Assembly (NCBI GenBank): GCA_013239625.1
Contig: MU053933.1
Span: 3,650,470-3,714,469, forward strand
DNA: 64,000 bases
Direction of reading: 5' to 3'
Source of the DNA: Lama guanicoe
Lineage: Eukaryota
Below, one piece after another: positions 25,281-37,977 of this stretch. Both the position numbers and the translations under genes were made by a program. The notes beneath the pieces were generated by a model that had not been told where the DNA came from, searched no databases, and was given only the letters and a program-made list of their open reading frames with translations. Position 1 is the stretch's first letter, and each line of letters opens with the position of its first letter.

Positions 25281-27899
25281 GAACCATTACGTGGTGCTGT
25301 GCTCCCCACAGCCAGAACACCTGGGGCTGGGAATCTGGAAGTTCCATCACATGGAGAGCCTCTCACCAGCACACTTTATAATCTTGCAGAATTTCTGTTT
25401 CCTGTGCTGGCAACTTTGTGATGGTTTGGAAATCTTAGTCTCCAAAGGGAAAGACTTTCACGGGGGTCACAGCAATAGGATTCTCAGTGGGACCGTACTG
25501 AGCAGCTCAGTAAACAGACCCAAGCCCTGCTGAGCCTGCTCTGGGGGGGAGAGTCAGTCTGGCCTGAGTCTTCCAGGAGGGACGGCCTTGGGCAGCAATA
25601 TTGTTCTCTTGCACAAAAGACAGTGCCATCCACCACCAAGCTGCTCACGAGGTGGGTCACAGTGACCCATGGCCCTGGGGAGAAAGGGTGCCTGTGTTCT
25701 GGGGGGACGTGGGAGAGGGACAAAAGGCTTCTGTTGTAGTGGACGCAAGTGCCAAGGAGATGAGAATTAATTGCCTTTCCTAGTCCAGAGGGAGCTGCTC
25801 ACGGCCAGCCACAGGCCATGGGCCAGGCTGGGTCTGAAGTCTGGAGCTGGGTTCAAATCCGTTTCTGTGGAGAGAACTTTGGCAAACGACTTAAACTTCC
25901 TCAGCCTCCGTGAAAGAGAGAAACCACGTCCCCTGAAGGTTGTTGGAGGAGAAAGTGAAATCTGTGTGCACACACGCATCTATAGTGTAATGGGCCTACT
26001 GCACCGGATTAATGGTCATTATCATCTAAAAAGTCACCTTTCCTGTCTATGGAAGGAACTGCAACTGTCGGGTGAACCCCTGGTGCAGAAGGCAGGCAAA
26101 ACCCAGCAAAGAACGGCAGAGAAGGGAGGGCAGGGGCTGCTTTCTGAGCCAGATTTTCAGGGCCCAAAGTGCAGACTGAGCTCACTGGCTAATTTAGAAA
26201 ACTTCGAGTCCAGGAGGCCCAGTTTGGCCAGTCATGCTGGAACATCCGTATTCAAGGGTATCACGTTCTATTATTTCTATCCCACATCAAATTCCATGAA
26301 TCCATTTGTTTTCCACCCAGTCATTCCAAAGTCAGAGCTCCGTCCAGGGGGGAAGCCAGCGTGAGCAGAGCTGGCAGCCGCGGCGGCGCTGGGCTTGCTT
26401 TGGATCCATGGTGACCTCAGGGCCCCAGCTCGAGACAAGAGGGCTTTTGTTTCTGTTTGTGCTTTTGAGCTTTTTTTTTCCTCCAAATTTTGAGAAGGAG
26501 CTGGAGGTTGGAGCACAGCAGCTTGCCCCACACGAAGCTGCTGCCTCAGCCTCGCTTTCTGCGTGTGTCCAGGGACGCGAGGGGACATGTCGGGCTGAAG
26601 CTGGACAGGCACCCAGAGCAAGCTCTGCGGTGCTTCCCTTTGGCAGAACTCTGCACAATTACTTATCTGATTATACTTTTTATAACTCCTAAGGACTCTT
26701 AGAAATTGGCCATAAAACCTATCAGGTTTAAAGTTTAAAAAAATCACTCGATTAATCTATTTGGTTTTTCACTCAAGAACGTTTTTTTGTGTAACTACCC
26801 TGTAAGCACCACACATCTGTGTGTCCTTGTTCCACGGAGAGCCCAGCACAGCACACAGGATTCAACCATATGAAGCCAAGTGGTCAACAACACAAACCTA
26901 CTCAGTAGGTTGTTAAAATTATTCAGTAATGAGGATTCCTGTACCTTGTTTTATAAATAACTCTGTGGAATTGAACCATCTCCAGCAAAAATGATCCAGG
27001 AGGTGGGAGTGAGTGATCTTATTTAGAGATTTAAACAAACAGTTTTCCAAACAAAATAGAGACTGTTAAAGACAAGAGCAGGTAAGTCTAGCAGGCTAAT
27101 GCCTAGCAGTTTTCCTACTGGAGGACAACTATATTTTTTGCTTTTTGAAAACAAAAAGTTAAAGACACGGGGGAGAATTGGTCCTATATTTGAAACTTTA
27201 GTACAACTGAAATATGTACACAGGCATATTCATTATCTAATTGTACAACTGAGTGCTACCATAAATAAAAATGTAGAGAATACTTAGATAAAATCGTAGG
27301 AAGGATAAGTTTTGGGAATCGAAACTTAACGGAGCCCCATAGTAAAGCTGAGTAAGCGGGCAGAGTTCTTATGCGTGTATCACCCACGCACAGGGCCGTC
27401 TCTGGACGGTCAGCTTCTCGGGCTGGAAGGAGGGAGCGTCCCAACAGGACCCGTGGACATTGCCTGGTCTCTTCTGAGCTTGTCGCAGAGGTCGTGGCGG
27501 ATCCCTTGTGTCATTTTCCACTCCAGGTGCAAGGCCAGCCCAGAACCAAGGGGCGAGATCAGATGCCCCCTCCTGGTGGGGGGCTGGCAAGGCTATGGTG
27601 GGGAAGAGCGTGTGGGAAAAGCGGCATTGCTGAGGCCAGCCCTCTGGCCAAACTGCAAGTACCAGCACAGGAGACTCTTCTAGACCCACCCAGCCTCACC
27701 CCTGGGTGGTGGCTGGAATCCCAGGACCTTGTCACCTACATCAGGTTGTGTGCAGGTGAGCCTCCTTGGGCTCACATGATTCTTCAGGGACAGCTTCTGG
27801 AGTGTGTTTCCTTCTCAGCGGGAAGACTGTGACCTAGGAGGCAGGTTACCTGAGTCTGTCCGCCCACCACACATCCAGAGTAGGGATGGGGACAGGAGG

Positions 27900-29400
27900 G
27901 CCACAATGAGACATTCTCCTCTGGAGGGGCAGTGGGAGGTTCAGAGTAGTGTGTCCCACACAGCACACGTCACTGTCCCTCACGAGGGCCTGGCAGTGCC
28001 TGGGAAGGATTCTCTGTGGACTTGGCCCCCATAATCTTCATTCCACTCTATGACTCAGTCTTCCTTTTCTGTAAAAAGTAGCCTGTGTGTGTTGCCTACT
28101 GCCTGCCTGTCAGAGCTCGGGGTCCAAGTGCCTCTTTCCATTGTGTCATGTCACTGGTTCTTCTGGGCCATGCTGGTGTCAGCTCTGCCAGTACAATTCT
28201 CCTAATAACTGTGTCTTTTCTATGAACTTCACTAGTGTTCACTCCATTTGACAAAGCCTACACCTGAATCCCTTTGAAACAAGCCCTTTTCTACTTCACC
28301 CCCAGGAGGCTCCCAAGACCAATGGCCTGGGCTCTGGAAGGCTGGTTGACACAAGAGCATCACGTATAAGGCACATGGGAGGCCTCTGCCTATTTGAGCA
28401 AGGCACCAGTTAGACCCTTTCAGAGTCTTGGAGGGCTTTTCAGTCCCATCTCGTCTTACTTCTTCTCTGAGACCACAGCCCAGCGTGCTATGGATGCAGT
28501 CTCTGCCCTGAGCTCGCTCTTCCTCGAAGGCTCTTCTGCTGGGAGAGACTCGGCAGGAGAAATAGTTTCACTTTTGAGCCCAGCCAATCTTGGCTCCTTT
28601 ATAGTTCTTTTAAGTTCTGCTTGAAAATTGGATAATTGCTTCTGTAGCCCCTCCCTCTCTGACCATCCCTCATGACGTGCAGCAACAAGACACCTGCTGA
28701 CTCTCGTGACACCACCCGGGTCCCCGTAATCAGCCCGTCCACACAGGCCGCCCCGTGCCGGCTCCCCATCGAGCGCCAGGCCTCCTTCCTCTGCTTCCAG
28801 CGACATGGCCTTGCTGTCCTTGCCCTCGTCCCCACACCCGAGTCCCCTCAGGTCCTCCTGGCTCCTACCTGGTCCCAAGCAGATGCGGCAGGTTTTAGGC
28901 ACCTGCTTCAAAGCGCCAAACTCTGTCCCAGGCACTGTTGCTGCCACCATCCACCAGCCACCAGCGTAAAATCTCAACCACTTCCTTACTCTTGCAGACC
29001 AGTGGTCAGGGCACAGTGGGACAGCTGGGTTCAGCTCCATGATGTCGGGGGCCTGGCTGGGGAGCCTGGAGTAGTCAGGTGGCCCAAATGATGGGAGTGG
29101 AACCACCTGGCACCCTGCTCCATTGCACGTCTGGCACTTGGTGAGAGGGGACTCGAAGGCTGGGCTCAGCTGGGACTGATGCCTGGAGCACAGTGAATGG
29201 TGTCCCCCAGTGGCTTGTGCTTTCACAGCGACTTGGCCCCGATAAGGCGGGGCCCAAGAGCAAACATTCCAGCAGAACCAGAGGAGGCTACAGGGCTTCT
29301 GTGAGCTGGCCTCAGAGGTCACTGCTGGCCTCCTGCTGCACTGACTCAGCCCACCTGGATTCAGGGAGAGGGAGCCTGATGGGAAGGGTGCCCAAGAATT
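27900..29400 (-). mobile_element. Probable MaLR (MLT1-type) internal/LTR remnant
   Basis: Minus-strand ggagccaagattggctgggctcaaaagtgaaactatttctc resembles MLT1 internal sequence from memory; boundaries uncertain. Confidence 0.35.
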
Positions 29401-29767
29401 TACAGCCATTTAAAAAAGCCGCCACAGTTCACCCTCTAGTCACAAATTATTTACCAATGGTAGAGAGCACACATCTTTTTAAAGACGTTGTAAAGATACC
29501 TTACTGGAGTTCTGATTTTCGTTTCCCCCAAAATTAATGGTACTGAGGAATTTTTTCATGTACTGCTATCTTCTTTCATGAAGTGTCTGTTAAGCAATTT
29601 CTATTTATTTACTTGTCTATTGAGTTTTGCGGTTTTAGAAGTCATATATTTTGTACACAAATCTTTTGATAGATAAATGTTTTGCAACTACTTTCTCTCA
29701 GGCTAAGTTTTGCCTGTTCTTACTTGTGTCTTTTGATGAGCAGAGCCTTCAATTTTGATGGTCCAAT

Positions 29768-29982
29768 ACAGCTGCCAGCAGTCTATGGACAGAGCGAGCC
29801 CTTCGCCTGGGTTTGTAAGTAAAACTTATATTGAAACACAGCTGCACCCACCTATTTACATGTTTTCTACAGCTGTTTTCATGTCACAACAGCAAGGCTG
29901 AGTGATTCTGACTGAGACTGCCTTTCAAAGCTTAAAACAGTTACTCTCTGGCCCTTTACAGCAAATGTTTGCTGACCACTGG
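29768..29982 (-). mobile_element. MER58A-like hAT-Charlie element
   Basis: Terminal ctctggccctttacagcaaatgtttgctgaccactg and internal gaaacacagctgcacccacctatttaca are typical of MER58. Confidence 0.7.
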
Positions 29983-30685
29983 TCTAGTTTACCAATTTCT
30001 AATTTTGTTGTTAGTGCTTTTTACATCTAAGGAGTTTTTGCTGCTTCTAGCATTAAAGTTTTATATTTAGATTTATGATCTACTCCAAATAAGCTTTTGT
30101 GTTGTGTGAGGCAAGCATATAGGTTCACTGTTTCTAAACAAACATCCTGCTCTTGCAGCCCACCCTTTGAGAAAACTTTCTTCAAACTGTTGGATTGCTT
30201 GGGCAGCTTTGTTGGAAATCAATGCCTATAAAATTGTGGATCTACTTCTGGAATCTCTGCTCCATTGATCCCTCTGCATGTCATTTTAACAATTACACAT
30301 TGTCTCAGTTGCTGTATCTTTATAATGATTCTTGAAGTCAGAGAGTACACATCTTACAACATTGTTCTTCTCTTTTAAGGCTGCTCTGCTAGTCTAGGGC
30401 CTTAGCATTGCCCTGTAAATTTTGGAGTTTGTCAATTTCTAGAAGAAAAGAATATTGGGATTATGATTGGGGTTTTTTTTTATGATTGGGATTTTATTGA
30501 CTGTATCCATCAAATTGTGAAGAGTTGACTTCTTAAATATATTGAGTTTCTGATATGTAAACATGGAATCTCTCTCCACTTGTTTAGATCTCAAAATTTC
30601 TCTCAGCATTTAAAAATTAGTTTCAGTGTAAAAGTCTTATACACATTTTTCATGAATTTATTCTTTAGCATTTTATGTTGATGCT

Positions 30686-31296
30686 TGTTTTGGATCAGAC
30701 TCAGTCTGTAGATAGTGATGCTATCAGCTAGAAGTTCCTGGGGCCCTCATCTGGGCCGGCACTATTTGTGGCAGCCCACACAGACACTTCCCTGCCAGTG
30801 CCAACGTTGTGGCTGGACCAACTCTGGTGGGTCTCATTGTGACTGCAAGATGCACCTCAGGAACAACCATCAGGGGGCTTGGAAAGGCAGGTTTTATTAC
30901 TCACATGTCCTGGAAGGTACACAGCCCACACAGGCCCAGGGCCACACAGTTGGGCCACAGTTGGTGGGGGGGGTGGTAGAGAGGAAGGGTTCGCCCTCTG
31001 AGGTTCTGCCTTTATTGGGACTGAGGGTGAGGCCTAGGGTTCTCGGGCTCACTCTTTATTGGTGAATTTAAGACGTTAAGAGTGGAAATTAAGGAGCCGG
31101 AAGGGAAAAGCAAGCCGTCAAAGGGTCAGATATCTAGGTCAACCAGTGGGTGGGGTGGCCTGACCCTTCACCTGGTCCTGTGGCTGGTGTGCTTGCTTGA
31201 GATGGATGTCTTTGAAGCAGATGCCTCATCAGGAAAGCTTAATGTCAGGCACTTACGTTATATTCAAAAGGCATATTGTTAGGTGCAGCCACGACC
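30686..31296 (-). mobile_element. Solo LTR (donor of the inverted duplication)
   Basis: Interrupts the L1 with near-TSD atgct/gtgct; starts TG; minus-strand AATAAA (ttttattactcaca). Confidence 0.6.
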
Positions 31297-32104
31297 GTGC
31301 TATTATAAATGGTTTTTCTAAACAGTTCATTTTGCTCCTAATAAACAGAACACATTTCTCCAAGTTGCCCTTGTGTCCCACAAGCTTGCTACGATCACTC
31401 ACTCGGTCCTACTGATTGTTTTGGAGTCTCTTTAGGAGCTTTCATGCAAACGTTCTAATCATCTGTGAATACATATAGTTTTATTTCTGCCTTTCTAATA
31501 GTTCTTCTTTGTATTTATTTATTGCTTCAGTTGTGTCTATGAAGAAGTTAATCGATCTAAGAAAGAAATGAAAATTTTTATTCAAGCCAAACTGAGGATT
31601 ATATCCCGGGGACAGCCTCTCAGAAAGCTCCGAGAACTGCTACACCCGTTAGAGGTCAGAGCACAGTTGTACAGGATTTTTTTCAGACAAACGGCTGTGC
31701 ATTAAATGATGCAGGTAGTTTGTATAATACGGATCTGTAATTACAAAGTGCTGGGTCATCGTGACCCCTTACGAGATCAAAAATGTTCTCTCTTAAGGAT
31801 TTGTCTCCTTGGTGCTGGGAGAAAGTTGCTCTTTATTGTTGAGCAGGTGTTCCTGCTGATGGGAAAGTTGGTCAACCAATAACGCAGAACACAGTGCACA
31901 CCCCACCCACTGGTTGACCTAGATATCTGACCCTTTGACGGCTTGCTTTTCCCTTCCGGCTCCTTAATTTCCACTCTTAACGTCTTAAATTCACCAATAA
32001 AGAGTGAGCCCGAGAACCCTAGGCCTCACCCTCAGTCCCAATAAAGGCAGAACCTCAGAGGGCGAACCCTCCCTCTCTGCCACCACCCCCACCAACTGTA
32101 GCCC
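30952..32104. repeat. Inverted repeat: 206-bp arms (30952-31157 and 31899-32104), 741-bp spacer
   Basis: Direct reverse-complement comparison gives 4 mismatches; ORFs 31082+ and 31974- share the same N-terminal peptide. Confidence 0.95.
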
Positions 32105-32175
32105 TCAGAGGGCAGAGAAAACTTTCAGGTTTAAATTTTTCTTGTCTTGTCATAAAACATGAATTTTATTTTACA
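31534..32175 (-). mobile_element. Solo ERV1-type LTR carrying a foreign 206-bp insert
   Basis: TG...CA ends, near-TSD gttg/cttg; homologous to 12853-13338 except for 31899-32104. Confidence 0.7.
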
Positions 32176-32519
32176 CTTGCCTCCTTGTGCTGGCCAGGAT
32201 TTCTCATACAACGTTAAACAGAAGCGGTGAAAGTGGGTATGTCGCCCTCACGTCCTCTCCTCCAGCCCCTGGCGCCCACCACCCTCCTTTCCCCAAGATT
32301 CGACTCCCTCCTACCTTTCCCACTCCAGCTCCCTACAACCCTCGGAGACCACGCACAGCAGGGAGCACTAACACTATTCCACTTTCCTTTAAATCCCAGA
32401 CTTCCTCTGTAAAATAAAAACTCCATCCCTCTGCTTCCACTTGTCAAGTGGAAAGAATGACATAGGGACTACACAGTGTGGATGGGAAGGTTAATTAAAT
32501 TATTACAAGAAAATCACGA

Positions 32520-33570
32520 GAAATGGGGTCCTGCTCCGGAGAACAGCCATTCCGTCCCCAAGGTGGGTTTGTGGTCCCCACAGTAGGACGGCTCCCGGGC
32601 TCCGCCCCTCCCGTCGACCCCGTCCCTCCACCAGGGCGGAGCCGGAACCTAGGAGCTCGCCACCGCCGCTGCCGGTTCCCACGAGGTGTGCCTGCCCGCG
32701 GTGCGCTCGGACCACATCAGGACCACCTCGCAGACGGACCGAGAGCACCACGCCTGCGCAGCCGAGGGCGGGGGCTTCCCTCTCCAGACCTTGGGGCGTG
32801 TATAGCGGCGCATGCGCGGAGCTGGTTCCAAGGCGGGGTCTTTTACGCGGACAAGCTGCGCACAGCGCGCGTGCGCGGGCCGAGGGCGGTGGCTCGGGCT
32901 CTTGGTGGGTGCCGTCTCCCCCCTTCGCACCAGCGGTGTGGACGAGAACCGAGCGGAGAAACGTGACTGAGGTAGGTTTCCGTGGGCAGCTCGGACATCT
33001 AGACGTGCCAGGTGAGAGGTGTTCGCCCGGCGTGTGCATCAGTAGGCGGACCCAGGCCGCCGCCCCTTCCGAAACCTACCGGCGCCTTCCGGCCTCTGTG
33101 CGGTCCGGGAGCTCGGCGCCCCGCCCCGACCAGGGCCAGGCCACGCCCTTCCCCAGCCACGCCCGCGACGCGGCTCCCACCGCCCCGCCCCGCCCACAGG
33201 CCCCGCCCCTCCTGAGCCCCGCCCATTTCCCGTCTCCGCGCGTCCTTGGCGTCGGGCCCTCTGGCCTCCGCCCGGAGCGTATATCACACTCCGTTTCCTC
33301 CTTGCCCCTTCTACTCGGGCATCACGCGCCGCATCGCCCTTCATCCTCCCTTCCTTCGTTTCTCCCCCAACCCGCCCGGCTAGCCACCGGCCCTTCTAAA
33401 TCCTGGGTCCTCTCCCCGCTTCCTGTCCCATACCCACCCGTCAGCCGAGCTCCGCCCCGTCCGGGCCCCGCCTCGCTGTCCGGGCCCCGCCCATCAACTC
33501 GGCCCCGCCCCCTATTCGGGCCCCGCCCAATCCTGGCCCCACCGCTCTGGCCCTGGCTCACCCACTGGTC
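32520..33570 (+). promoter_or_regulatory. PRMT2: PRMT2 CpG-island promoter with NRF1-type motifs and non-coding first exon donors
   Basis: CpG dense; GCGCATGCGC at 32808-32817 and GCGCGTGCGC at 32867-32876; GC boxes; candidate donors gag|gtaggt after 32971 and cag|gtgaga after 33011. Confidence 0.85.
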
Positions 33571-34654
33571 GAGTCCCATCTTTGCTTCAATGCAGTATTT
33601 TCCAGTGAAAATGCAATGTATATATATTAGTATTTGCAATTAAACGTCACAAAACAAGTACTAGGTCTTCATTGATAAGTGAAGCACGTATTTAAATAAC
33701 TACTGTGTAACTGAAAAAACACATTCATCTTAGCACATCGTAGGAATTACACTGTCACTGGAAAAATGAGAATGAGAAGAAAAGCCTCTGAAAGAGGCAG
33801 ACCTTGGTTCCTGTTAGTGGAAACACCGTAAAGCCCCAGGTAGGAAGTTTTAATTGGAGTTAAAGCTATTATGGTTCCAAGGAAAGAACTGGCATCAATT
33901 TATTTAATTGATTTTAAAAAATCAACCCAGTGATCCAACAGAAAGTGACAGACTTTGCCAGTGAGTATGATTAACACTTTGCAGACTAGTTACGAAAATA
34001 TATACTGTTTGGAGTTCATCAGTTTTAAATGCTTTCAAATGTTTTTTTTCCCCAACAAAAAGTCTCAAACATTTATTACTGAGCCAAAGCACTAGTGCAG
34101 AAACACTGACACAGAGAAAAATCATCTTCCCAGTTAAACATACCCAGCCATTCAGACAGTAGTGGTGTTTTCAGAGTGATTTGGGAAGATGCACGTGACC
34201 TTGACACAGCGTGAACTGTGTGCCACCTCATGTGTGAGGCTCATTATAGACCCCACTTGGTTCTTCTCCAGCGTCTTCTCTTGGAGTTGTGCCTGATCTT
34301 ACTTCTGGTTTTCATGTGAACCCACTGGGGAGTGGGACGATTCTGCTTTTGTTTCTTTACCAGCAATCTCCTCGTCCTGAAAGTCTTAAGAGGAGACATG
34401 GCCAGGAGCAAATTCAGCCGCACGTCTTCGGTTGGTTGTGTAAAGAACTGCGTTTATAAATTTCATTTCTGTTCGTTCTTTACATGTTTTACTTCCATTT
34501 GGCGGAGGACCTTTTCCATGGACCTTAGAAGTTATGTGAACTTAGTTATCATGCAATGTAACAAGCATTTTCTCATTTTCTCTCTTTTAAAAGCAGAAAT
34601 GGAGAGGGAAATGGAAGGTTAAAGCAGCAGCTATGCGCAGATCCCAGGGGAAGG

Positions 34655-34693
34655 ATGGCAACACCAGGTGACTGCCCCGGAAGTGAGCTGCAG
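34655..34693 (+). CDS. PRMT2: PRMT2 coding exon 1 (MATPGDCPGSELQ)
   Basis: aggATGG Kozak context; resembles human MATSGDCPRSESQ; donor |gtaatt; exon acceptor aagcag at 34591-34596. Confidence 0.9.
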
Positions 34694-37051
34694 GTAATTT
34701 TGGTTCTTCTGTGTAAGGACTTGTATTTAAAGACCCTACCATTTCAGAGAGCTGAACTTAGCCCAGGGTGATGGTGCTTTACTTGGACCTTGGAAGGTGG
34801 CCACCAATGAGGGAATGCTTAACTAGAGGAAATGCACTGTTTGTAAGGTCACAAGTGACACTGTGAATTGGGCGTTGGAAACACCTCCCAGGATTCTGGA
34901 GTTCCATGTTTGGTACTTGAGCTGGTGAAGAAAGCGTATTTTTTTAATTGTTTAAAAATGTCCCAGACATAATATGTTACGGACAGCTTGGACACATTAG
35001 AAAATATTTATGTATTCATACTGCTTTTCTGCCTGGGACACATATAATTTCATTTAAGTTAACAGTAAAAAAAAAAGTCACCTTAAATTTCAAGGAGTGT
35101 TGATTATATAAAATTAAAAAACAAGTGAATAATAAATAATGTTTTTTTAAAAATCAAACATTTTTGTGTTTGTGATATCAATTTTAACATTTTTTTCTTT
35201 TCATTCTAATGATTATTCTAAATTCATTTGAGTTTTTATATATAGAAATTTTGTTTGTAGTTGGGTCATTTTATTAATCTTCTTAAAAATTAATCATTAA
35301 AAGTTTTGATTTCATGGATGGTTCATTTTTATTTCGGGAAAGTAAAAAATATAGGAACATTTACAGAATAATATTGTAAACATCAAGTATGTATTACACA
35401 GAAGTGAAAACTTGTTAACATTTTGTCATATTTACTTCAGAGTGTCAGCATGTGTGTGTGTATATATGTATGTATATGAATAACCGAACCGTGAGTGAAG
35501 TTTGTTCCCCACCTGTTCCTAGTCTTCTTCCTCTGTCTCCACAGGCAAACTCTGCGGTGAACTGTGACACTAGAATGACAATATGCTTCCTAGAATGTAC
35601 CTAAGTGGTGTCATGGAGTGTGTGTCCTCTGTAGCCGGCCTTTTCCACCAACGTTACTTTTGAGGGATTTGTCCTTAATGTATGTGTAGAGCTGGTTCAG
35701 TCCTGAAGGATGGTCCTGTAGCATGGTCTTTCTGTGAATGTATCCCATTCACAGAAGGTATGTAGGTCGGTTCAGTCTTACTGCTAGGCAGTGGGTGTGT
35801 ACCACATTTCATCTCTCTCCCTTTTGTGGGACACTTCCATTGTTTCTGGTTTCCCTTTGTTTCAGACAGTGCTGTCCTGCTGTGCATCTCCTTGTGCACA
35901 TGTGCTCCAGGGTGTCTGCCAGTAATGCCACTGTGGGCTGGAAGGCGTTACGTATTTTCAGTTTTACTTGGTAATGATCACTTGTTCTCCCAGGCGGCTT
36001 TCCCAGGAGCCCCGAGTACTTCCTAACACCTGAGAGCATCAGGCTTTTTGATTTCGGTTGGTCTGATGGGTTGGAAATGGTGTCATGTTGCTTTAGTTTT
36101 CCTGGTTACTTACAAGCCATGGTAGTGTTGTTTATCCTGGCAGTAGCACCCTCTGCTGCAGAAGAGATGCCTGACGGTCACAATTTGTGTTTTATCTTTT
36201 GGGTTGTTACCAGTTTTGTGTTTCAAAAAAGAAACCTTTGTTTACTTTCTCTTTGCTCCTCTGTTTTCTGCTTCACTGATTTCTGCTTTTATTTCCTTTA
36301 TTCTATTCTATTTGGGTTTAATTTTCTCTTTTCATAGCATCCTGAGATGGAGGCTTGGGTCACTGATTTTAAGCCTTTCTTTTCCAATGTGTGTCTTTAA
36401 AGCTGAAACTTTCCTTCTAATCACCATTTAGCTGCACCTCAGACATTTGAATTCACGGTGTTTTCATTAGTGTTGAGGTAAAGTACTTTCTAATATATCA
36501 CGATGGAAATTAGAAATTTCCTGGGCTATTCAGAAGTGTGTTGCTTGATTTCCAAACATTTGGGACATTTTGTATTTTTGTTATTTAATTTTGGTTTGAT
36601 CATGTTTGGCCAAAAAATACACCATTTCAGTCTTTGGAAATGTACTCAGGCCTGCTTTTCGGCCTGGCTGGAGGGCTGTTTGGGGGGTGCTCCATGTGCC
36701 CTCGGGAGACTGTGTCTCCGCAGGTATTGGGTTTAGTGTTCAGTGTCGCTGTGGTCGGACGGGTTATTGGTGCTGCTCAGGTCTCTGTATCCTGTCAGAT
36801 GTTCTGTCCATTTGGTCTGAGCTTCAGAAATCTCTGTGGTGATAGTGGATTTGTCTGTTTTTTTCCGTATTTCCTTTTGGATTTATCACTTTTTGCTTCA
36901 TGATATTTTGAATCTCTATTATTTGGTGCACATATTTAGAATAGTTTGTGTTTTCTAGATTAATTGACCCTTTTATTTTTATGAAATCTCTCTTTTTACT
37001 GATTAATACTTCATGCTTTGTCTATATTAATATGGCTGTACCAGCTTTCTT

Positions 37052-37977
37052 TTTTTATCTTTTATTTTTACTTTTTGTACAGTTTTTAAACGTTTTACTC
37101 CATTTGCATTGGCTGTATCCCCATGTTGTACGATACATGCCTGTAGCCTGCCTTACACCCAGCACTTTGTACCTCCCCCTCCCCAACCCCTGTACTGTCC
37201 CTGTCCCTGCGCTGGTAACCACTAGTTCCTTTATATCTGTGAGCCTGCTTGTTTTCTGTTATATTCATTATTATTATTTTTTTTTAAGATTCCACATGTA
37301 AGTGATATCATACAGTGTTTGTCTTTCTCTGACTTATTTCACTTAGTATAATGCTCTCCAAGTCCACCCATGTGGCTGCAAATGGCAAAATTTTCATTCT
37401 TTTTTATGGCTGGGTAGTATTCCATTGTGTATGTACCACATCTTCTGTGTCCATTCATCTGTTGATGGACAATTAGATTGTTTCTGTATTTTGGCAATTG
37501 TAAATAGTGTTGCTGAGAACATTGGAGTGCATCTATCTTTTTGAATTAGTGTTTTTGTTTTTTTTCAGATATACACCCAGGAGTAGAATTGCTAGGTCAT
37601 ATGGTGGTTCTATTTTTAGTATTTTGAGAAACTTCCATACTGTTTTCCACAGTGATTGCACCCATTTACATTTCCACCAACAGTGCATAGTGATTCCCCT
37701 TTCCTCCACATCCTTGCCAGCATTTGTTATTTGTATTCTTTTTGATCATGGCCATTCTAACAGGTATGAGGTGATAACTTATTGTGGTTTTGATCTGTGT
37801 TTCCCTGATAATTAGCAGTGTTGAGCATCTTTTCATGTGCCTGTTGGCCATCTGCATTTCCTTTTTGGAAAAATGTCTATTCAGGTCTTCTGTCCATTTT
37901 TTAATTGGGTTGTTTGCTTGTTTGATGTTAAGTTGTACGAGCTGTTTATATATGTTGGATAGTGATTTCCTTATCAT
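37052..37977 (-). mobile_element. 5'-truncated L1 nested in an older L1 (about 35500-38500)
   Basis: Minus-strand ORF2 C-terminus ([15 protein letters not shown]...YHLIPVRMA); near-TSD ccagctttctt/ccagttttctt; T-rich tail. Confidence 0.85.

Larger units (their letters stand above)
29530..32245 (-). mobile_element. Old L1 ORF2/3' fragment interrupted by a MER58-like element and two LTRs
   Basis: T-rich antisense L1 sequence resumes colinearly after each insertion (after ~29985, 31297 and 32176). Confidence 0.75.

Noticed and set aside
28456..29409. Longest ORF in the window (317 aa, minus strand)
   Set aside because: No recognisable domain, non-ATG start in the ORF track, and it overlaps probable MaLR-derived DNA. 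Treated as a chance frame; BLASTP and ribosome profiling would settle it.
31082..31974. Two ORFs with identical N-termini (MEIKEPEGKSKPSKGQ...)
   Set aside because: A by-product of the inverted repeat, not duplicated genes.
32798..33643. 281-aa Pro/Arg-rich ORF in the PRMT2 CpG island
   Set aside because: Stop-poor GC-rich promoter DNA that crosses first-exon donor sites; low complexity.
33740..33966. Possible extra non-coding PRMT2 5' exon(s), donors cag|gtagga near 33840 and cca|gtgagt near 33961
   Set aside because: Plausible, but boundaries cannot be fixed without transcript data.
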